This document shows, piece after piece, positions 26,535-32,000 of a DNA stretch of 32,000 nt. Source of the DNA: Halomicronema hongdechloris C2206 (GTDB lineage Bacteria; Cyanobacteriota; Cyanobacteriia; Phormidesmidales; Phormidesmidaceae); the NCBI RefSeq assembly GCF_002075285.3, contig NZ_CP021983.2:4680001-4712000 (forward strand), given 5' to 3'. Each line of letters begins with the position of its first letter. Positions within the stretch are counted from its first letter, which is position 1. The notes under the pieces were generated by a model. The model ran no database searches. It had not been told where the DNA came from and worked only from the letters and a program-made list of their open reading frames with translations. A program made the translations under genes and the position numbers.

Positions 26535-27176
26535 CTACCGTTTTGGTTGCAGCAACCAGGCAGCTTCGATGGCTGCGACCTTTCCCTTGAATCCACCCGC
26601 TACCGCTTGGCGTTCGAGCGATTGCAGCTGGTAAGCGGCACCATACAGTCGTTCGATGGCTGGCTGTGGGACCGAGAAGGGGGGGCCAGCCATCTGCGAC
26701 TGGTCATATTCGTAGGTGATGAGTAGCTGCGGTGCGGTATCCGTCAAGCGAATCAAGTGCGAAGCGTAGCGTTGTCTGGTGGCGTCCGGCAGGGCCACTA
26801 AGGCGGCGCGATCGTAAATGGCGTCTACCGGCCCCAGCCAGTCGGCCGATACCTCAAAAATGTCGCCTACGAACAGGTCGATATCTTGGACACGATGGTG
26901 CCGCAAACTGCCAACCTGGGTGATGTGCGGCTCCAGGTTCAGTCTGTTCAGCAGCTCGTCAACGGCAACCTGGCTCAGCTCTACCCCGGCCACTCGAAAC
27001 CCTTGAGCCAGCAGCCAACTGATATCGAGCGTCATGCCGCATAGGGGCAGCAATATGCGACTGCCTGGGGCCAACCTTAACCGATGGCAATGTCTGACGA
27101 GCAATGGGTTGGCTTGGGGTTGATGAAACCCAAGGTCCCCTCGCTGCCATTTCTGATGCCAAAATCTCGCGTCCAT
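26535..27176 (-). CDS. tpm: Thiopurine S-methyltransferase (TPMT) family SAM-dependent methyltransferase
   Basis: FWHQKWQRGDLGFHQ...NPLLVRH and LLPLCGMTLDISWLLAQGFRVAGVELS are typical of TPMT. I prefer the ATG at 27176 (MDARFWHQKW, AGGA 9 nt upstream). ATGs at 27206 and 27230 remain possible. Confidence 0.7.
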   Translation of the reverse strand: MDARFWHQKWQRGDLGFHQPQANPLLVRHCHRLRLAPGSRILLPLCGMTLDISWLLAQGFRVAGVELSQVAVDELLNRLNLEPHITQVGSLRHHRVQDIDLFVGDIFEVSADWLGPVDAIYDRAALVALPDATRQRYASHLIRLTDTAPQLLITYEYDQSQMAGPPFSVPQPAIERLYGAAYQLQSLERQAVAGGFKGKVAAIEAAWLLQPKR

Positions 27177-27377
27177 AGTATTTCCTACTGCAGTGCTCCC
27201 AGTCATCTTGAGTGTCCTACCTTTCGGCAACTAATGCGGCTCGCCGGCAAAAATCGTTTCCGGCAGCCCAGTAAATTGCAGGAGAATAAAGCCAGGACAA
27301 ACCAGCAAGAAACTCGAACCTAATATCAAATCCGCTAAGACAGGCAACATTACGATGATGTATCACAACTGCAATGC

Positions 27378-27501
27378 GTCATTCCGGGCAAGCGCAGCGC
27401 GACCCGGAATCCAGGCAGAGCGCTTTGGGCGTAGCTGAGATTGACGCCCTGGATTCCCGCCTTAAGGCCTCCGGCCTCGCTTCGCGAAACGCGGGAATGA
27501 C
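27378..27501. repeat. MITE/REP-like compound palindromic element (two inverted hairpin units)
   Basis: The left unit is GTCATTCCGGG-loop-CCCGGAATCCAGG. The right unit is CCTGGATTCCCGC-loop-GCGGGAATGAC. The outer ends GTCATTCC/GGAATGAC and the inner GGAATCCAGG/CCTGGATTCC are mutually complementary. A central 6-bp stem is GGGCGT/ACGCCC. Confidence 0.7.
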
Positions 27502-27555
27502 AGAGAACTGTTTTCCTAGGTGAATTAACCGGATTTCATATAAGAAGGTAAGCGC

Positions 27556-27753
27556 TGATAGGCGGAAGCTTGTTGCCTGATGGCCTCATATCACCCATCT
27601 CGAACTGATTTCTTGGTTGGACATCCCCTGACGATCACCGATATTTCCCGTTATGTCTACACCTATACCGCCGAGGAGGGGGGGCTTTGATTTGTCTGCC
27701 CATCCGGCAATTCAAGCCTGGTTTAACACAATCCAGAAACCCAAACTACGTCA
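27556..27753 (+). pseudogene. Glutathione S-transferase remnant (C-terminal domain only, frameshifted)
   Basis: It reads ...DFLVGHPLTITDISRYVYTYTAEEGG and stops at 27688-27690. It continues in the -1 frame as GGFDLSAHPAIQAWFNTIQKPK. This matches the GST C-terminal consensus (FLVGD..(T/S)IADI..Y.YTHVA.EGGFDLS.YPAI.AWL.R). The break is in a run of 7 G (27678..27684). No N-terminal thioredoxin-like domain is present upstream. Confidence 0.55.
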
Positions 27754-27882
27754 ATCATTTGTAGCCCACTGTTACAGAACTAAGCTAATTTGCAAATAAC
27801 GCGATCGCCCTTGCCATAACCGTGCTAGGCATCATGGCAAACCATTTTAATAACCGACCCGAATATTTTTAGACTTGACCGC

Positions 27883-27913
27883 TTGACTTAGAGTGCGCTC
27901 TAACTTCTAACGT
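27883..27913 (+). promoter_or_regulatory. MerR-type promoter/operator: -35 TTGACT, 19-bp spacer containing a 6-4-6 inverted repeat, -10-like TAACGT
   Basis: TTGACT is at 27883-27888 and TAACGT at 27908-27913, separated by a 19-nt spacer. The inverted repeat TTAGAG-TGCG-CTCTAA (27888..27903) lies inside that spacer. The merR-family ATG is at 27920, only about 7 nt after the -10 element. Confidence 0.5.
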
Positions 27914-27919
27914 GCAGGT

Positions 27920-28339
27920 ATGGAACAAGAACTCACCATTCAACAAGTTGCTGAGGCCACTGGATTAAGCGTTCACACCTTGCGGTATTACGAGCGCTGC
28001 AATCTCATCGCGCCCATTGATCGCTCGGCCAACGGTCATCGGCGCTATTCCTCAGCCGATCTGCGGTGGATTGAGTTTTTGAATAAGTTGCGGCTGACAG
28101 GAATGCCCATTCGGCAAATGCAGCAGTATGCAGAGCTAGTGAGGGCTTACCCCAGCAGCGCCTTTGAAGAACGACGCCAGATTCTCGCCACCCATCGTGA
28201 AGTGGTTTTAGAGCAAATTCAACAGCTCCAGGAAAATCTAGCGGTTATTGACTGGAAAATTCAGCACTATTCAACCCTCGAAGCGGAGTTACAAGCCCAT
28301 GAAAACGTCAACGCCGCAGGGAAAGAGTCCCCAATCTGA
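27920..28339 (+). CDS. MerR family transcriptional regulator
   Basis: 139-aa ORF. The N-terminal HTH is LTIQQVAEATGLSVHTLRYYERCNLI. A C-terminal coiled-coil dimerisation helix follows. Confidence 0.85.
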   Translation: MEQELTIQQVAEATGLSVHTLRYYERCNLIAPIDRSANGHRRYSSADLRWIEFLNKLRLTGMPIRQMQQYAELVRAYPSSAFEERRQILATHREVVLEQIQQLQENLAVIDWKIQHYSTLEAELQAHENVNAAGKESPI

Positions 28340-28693
28340 GCGCTTTCGCAGGGGATGGCAACAGCTTGAAGCCATTGATGGGGAAGCGGGCAAGCAGGTC
28401 ATCAACAGCCTGCAAGCGATCGCCCCGGACCTGGCTCGGTATGTCATCGAGTTTCCCTTTGGGGACATCTATGCCCGCTCCGGACTCGATCTGAAATCCC
28501 GCGAGATTGCCACGATTGCAGCCCTCACCGCCATGGGCAATGCTCAGCCTCAGCTCAAAGTCCACATTCAAGCAGCCCTCAATGTGGGCTGCACCCGAGA
28601 AGAAATTTTGGAAGTTGTCATGCAGATGGCCGTTTACGCCGGATTTCCGGCGGCGCTCAATGGCATGACCGTAGTCAAGGAGGTATTCGCATC

Positions 28694-28697
<4 letters not shown>
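28299..28697 (+). CDS. Carboxymuconolactone decarboxylase (CMD/AhpD-like) family protein
   Basis: Family-typical sequence: [18 protein letters not shown]...[72 protein letters not shown] prefer the start at ATG 28299, which overlaps the merR-family gene by 41 nt. The track's 28248 start is less likely. Confidence 0.8.
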
Positions 28698-29671
<974 letters not shown>

Positions 29672-29718
29672 TCACTTTGGGCATCGCTATTCAACCTCGC
29701 TCACATGGGAGTAAACCA

Positions 29719-30000
29719 ATGCCGTCTGATTCGTCTCAATCGTCTGAATCAAGAGAACATCCGTTGGCGATGGCTGCCCGCAATTTCCTGATCGGGGTCT
29801 TCCTGAGCGGAGTGCCCATCCTGGCCTATCTGTGGCTGTCGGTGGATATGACTTACGGCAGCTGGGCCGCCGTGGGGACAGGCAGATTGGTGGGTGCGAT
29901 CGCAATTCCGCTTCTGTTTGGTCTATTGTCTGCCAGCTTCGGCCAGCGAGTGATTCGGCTGCTCACCCAAATGCTTGAGTCCGTGAATCTGCCGTTTTGA
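29719..30000 (+). CDS. Small hypothetical membrane protein (2 predicted TM helices)
   Basis: The ATG at 29719 has GGGAG 9 nt upstream. The track starts at a TTG at 29677. Hydrophobic segments are FLIGVFLSGVPILAYLWL and LVGAIAIPLLFGLLSA. No family was recognised. Confidence 0.4.
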   Translation: MPSDSSQSSESREHPLAMAARNFLIGVFLSGVPILAYLWLSVDMTYGSWAAVGTGRLVGAIAIPLLFGLLSASFGQRVIRLLTQMLESVNLPF

Positions 30001-30012
30001 TTGGAACTTTCT

Positions 30013-30591
30013 TTACGCCATGCCGAAACAGGCCTGGACGGATACTTCGCAAGTTGGAAAGGCTTGCAGCCTGACAGATTGGGGGGCTTTTAGAACAAGC
30101 TGACGCCGATACCCCCCGGGACTCGGCTCTCTGAATATATGGAGTTGCTGAGCAGAGAGGTTGAGAACCCAATAATCAAGAATGCCAGCGGCTGAGTATA
30201 AATCGGCTTTGCTACCCAGATCGCGTTCCAGCGTCGTGTCAGCGACTTCAAGAATCAGGAAAACGTCTGTAGGGATCGGGTGATGACTAGCGTAAAAGTC
30301 ATCTTGCGGGCGAACGACGGCGATATCTGGTTCCGGCTCTGAATAGTCGTCAAGCTGGATGGGATCTTGCATTCGCACCAGCGCGTGCTCTCCCAGTTGA
30401 CTTTCGAGGAGCTTTTCAAGCCGCTTGCAGAGAGCGCTATGGGCCGGGCCTTTGGGCATTTTCTGAATGATTTGTCCGGCAATCAGCTCAACCTGTTCAT
30501 CCGCACCAAGGATGCCGACTTCTGCCATGCGATGATAGTCAGCCGTGGAAATGAGACGAAGCTGGGTTAGCGATTGCGATGCTGCGATCAC
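30013..30591 (-). CDS. Uma2 family (DUF820) putative endonuclease
   Basis: 192-aa ORF. It shows STADYHRMAEVGILGADEQVELIAGQII.KMPKGP.H and EPEPDIAVV...LILEVADTT, a PD-(D/E)XK-like core. This is typical of the abundant cyanobacterial Uma2 family. Confidence 0.8.
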   Translation of the reverse strand: MIAASQSLTQLRLISTADYHRMAEVGILGADEQVELIAGQIIQKMPKGPAHSALCKRLEKLLESQLGEHALVRMQDPIQLDDYSEPEPDIAVVRPQDDFYASHHPIPTDVFLILEVADTTLERDLGSKADLYSAAGILDYWVLNLSAQQLHIFREPSPGGYRRQLVLKAPQSVRLQAFPTCEVSVQACFGMA

Positions 30592-30695
30592 GGTTGTAGA
30601 GGTCTAGCCTACTTGAATTCGATTATAGCGATGATGAATAGTGGTCCTGCTCCTCTGGCTACCCTAGAGCTCTACGGAGTGCAGCGCGGGCAAGA

Positions 30696-30739
30696 TGTGG
30701 ATTGTCGTGGATTATCGTGGTCTACCTCTGGATAAATCC
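30696..30739. repeat. Four ~10.5-bp phased TGGAT-core repeats, two resembling DnaA boxes
   Basis: The units are TGGATTGTCG (30698), TGGATTATCG (30708), TGGTCTACCTC (30718) and TGGATAAATCC (30729). TGTGGATTG (30696) matches TGTGGATAA at 7 of 9 positions, and TCTGGATAA (30727) at 8 of 9. Confidence 0.6.
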
Positions 30740-30756
30740 TTTGAGGCTAACTCGTA

Positions 30757-31027
30757 ACGCTTAAACATTGATAAGTACGCTTAAGTGTTAGCCGTAAACG
30801 CTTAAACGTTACTTATGCTTGCTCAAGCATTTGGCCGTTTTGCTCAAGTCTTTGCCCTGATTGAGTCAGCCGTCAGGGAAAACCCTGAAACATTTAGCCG
30901 ATTTCTGGTCGAATGATTAGCTTTGCTTAAGCATTAAGGGCAGACATATAAGCATTTGTCGAAATTGCTTAAGCGTTAAGGGCAAACGCTTAAGCATTAG
31001 GAGCAAACGCTTAAGTTTTTAGGGCAA
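30757..31027. repeat. Degenerate 21-bp tandem (iteron-like) array with GCTTAAG core, about 13 units
   Basis: The best units are TTGCTTAAGCGTTAAGGGCAA (30965), ACGCTTAAGCATTAGGAGCAA (30986), ACGCTTAAGTTTTTAGGGCAA (31007) and TTGCTTAAGCATTAAGGGCAG (30923). ACGCTTAA also occurs at 30757, 30777 and 30798, and TTGCTCAAG at 30819 and 30840. Register is kept at about 21 bp across the array. All frames are closed by stops. Confidence 0.75.
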
Positions 31028-31332
31028 CTGCTTTCTGTTTTGGGCTTAACGCTGCCAGCGCAGCCACTAACCTACGTAGATTTCCCCAGATGGCGAAAAC
31101 GGGCAGCCAAAAGTTCCGGAGAACTACTCAACCCCTCCTCGATATCCCTGGATTACAGTATGGGTGTTCGCAATTGAGTTGCATGCATCAGGGATGCATC
31201 CCCGGAACGGTAAGGCGCTCAGGCTCCTGCTCATTTACCAATGACAGTCCTTACTCCTGCTGAGTCCATCACCCCCGATGACTGCCACTCAGCCTCGTTG
31301 TTCAACTGCTGTTCAACTCTGGAGAAAGACTC

Positions 31333-31698
31333 ATGTCACGACGTAAAAGAAGCTCGACAGTGCTTGAAAAAGCCGAACGCCGTATTGCCGGCATGCAATC
31401 TGTTGCAGATGATATTGACTTTGGCAGTGGGCTCACCCTAGCCACCTATGAAGCGCGGATTCAAGCCGCCCGGGAGAAACTGCAAGCCTATAACCGGATA
31501 CTCTCGATGGTGGACGGCGCCTACAACGACCTGATCGCAGCAGAGAAGGAGTTGATGGATTTTTCCGAGCGCATGTTGTCGGGGTTTGGGGTGCGCTACG
31601 GCAAAGACAGTTCGGAATATGAAATGGCCGGAGGCCAACGTAAATCCGAATACCGTAAGCGGACTCACCGCTCCACTGACGATGCCAATGTAGCGTAA
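31333..31698 (+). CDS. Hypothetical protein (basic N-terminus, helical; family not recognised)
   Basis: 121-aa ORF with GGAG 9 nt upstream of the ATG. A strong intrinsic terminator follows 52 nt downstream. Confidence 0.55.
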   Translation: MSRRKRSSTVLEKAERRIAGMQSVADDIDFGSGLTLATYEARIQAAREKLQAYNRILSMVDGAYNDLIAAEKELMDFSERMLSGFGVRYGKDSSEYEMAGGQRKSEYRKRTHRSTDDANVA

Positions 31699-31749
31699 CC
31701 GCTGCCAGGCGTAACCCCTTCGTTTTCGATAGACCATAGGTACCTACTC

Positions 31750-31781
31750 GTGTACGGCCCACCATAGCCGTACACTTTTTT
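31750..31781 (+). terminator. Rho-independent terminator
   Basis: Perfect 9-bp stem GTGTACGGC / GCCGTACAC with an 8-nt loop, followed by TTTTTT. Confidence 0.8.
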
Positions 31782-31906
31782 AGTGATTGATCGGCGCCAC
31801 AGGATGGAAGGGGCAACACCCGATCCAAAACCATCGCGATCCACGCCCCCATCAAACTCGAAAGGTCTGGGAAGAAAGTCTTGAAGTGGCAATGAAAATT
31901 AAAGGG

Positions 31907-32000
31907 TCATAGGGGCGCCGACGAGTCGTTCGGATCAAGACCGGGCATCCGTTTACGGCCATTAGCCCAATTGCGGATGTGCATGCGAATCATAATGAGG
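31907..32000 (-). CDS. 3' end of an unidentified minus-strand ORF entering from the right window edge (partial)
   Basis: The frame is open from the window edge to the TGA at 31907-31909. Translation is ...LIMIRMHIRNWANGRKRMPGLDPNDSSAPL*. It is too short to assign and may not be coding. Confidence 0.25.
   Translation of the reverse strand, partial: LIMIRMHIRNWANGRKRMPGLDPNDSSAPL

Noticed and set aside
30757-31027. Whether the 21-bp tandem array could be a CRISPR array or a coding heptad repeat.
   Set aside because: The units are contiguous with no unique spacers between them, and 21 bp is too short for a CRISPR repeat-spacer period. All six frames contain stops, so it is not coding.
31665-31892. 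Minus-strand ORFs 31433..31855, 31438..31737 and 31665..31892.
   Set aside because: They run antisense through the better-supported 31333..31698 gene and/or across its intrinsic terminator. They have no RBS and an odd composition.

Overview
This window is a moderately GC-rich chromosomal segment from a cyanobacterium, probably a filamentous one. Three things support that. The HIP1 palindrome GCGATCGC occurs about 20 times by eye. A small psbY gene is present that the ORF track misses. There is also a three-gene membrane cluster with the size, order and topology of fraC-fraD-fraE.

Most of the window is ordinary cargo:
- a secreted TPR-CHAT protein, a class II Fic protein and a BNR/Asp-box lipoprotein
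- an MsbA-like ABC exporter and rdgB
- a two-domain CobO-like adenosyltransferase
- an RND pump with its adaptor
- larE-glk and a TPMT-family methyltransferase
- a MerR-CMD-AKR cassette and a Uma2 endonuclease

The best candidate for an undescribed system is the minus-strand two-gene module at 10525..14621. Its large gene encodes a 1216-aa NB-ARC/STAND P-loop NTPase. After the NTPase and a helical region comes one predicted transmembrane helix, then five tandem cadherin-like repeats and an ASH-like beta-sandwich. No recognisable effector domain is present. The gene immediately downstream encodes a ~127-aa helical protein whose N-terminus carries the same tag, AHI..DNSGQIAVG.I.Q.

The second candidate is a lower-GC non-coding stretch at about 30696..31027. 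It holds helically phased TGGAT / DnaA-box-like repeats followed by about 13 degenerate 21-bp GCTTAAG iterons. This resembles a plasmid-type origin or centromere, but no Rep or Par gene is visible.

Three genes (qor-like, glk and a GST remnant) are broken by single-base excesses. Two of these clearly lie in G runs, which suggests assembly error as much as decay. No rRNA, tRNA, CRISPR array or transposase was recognised.
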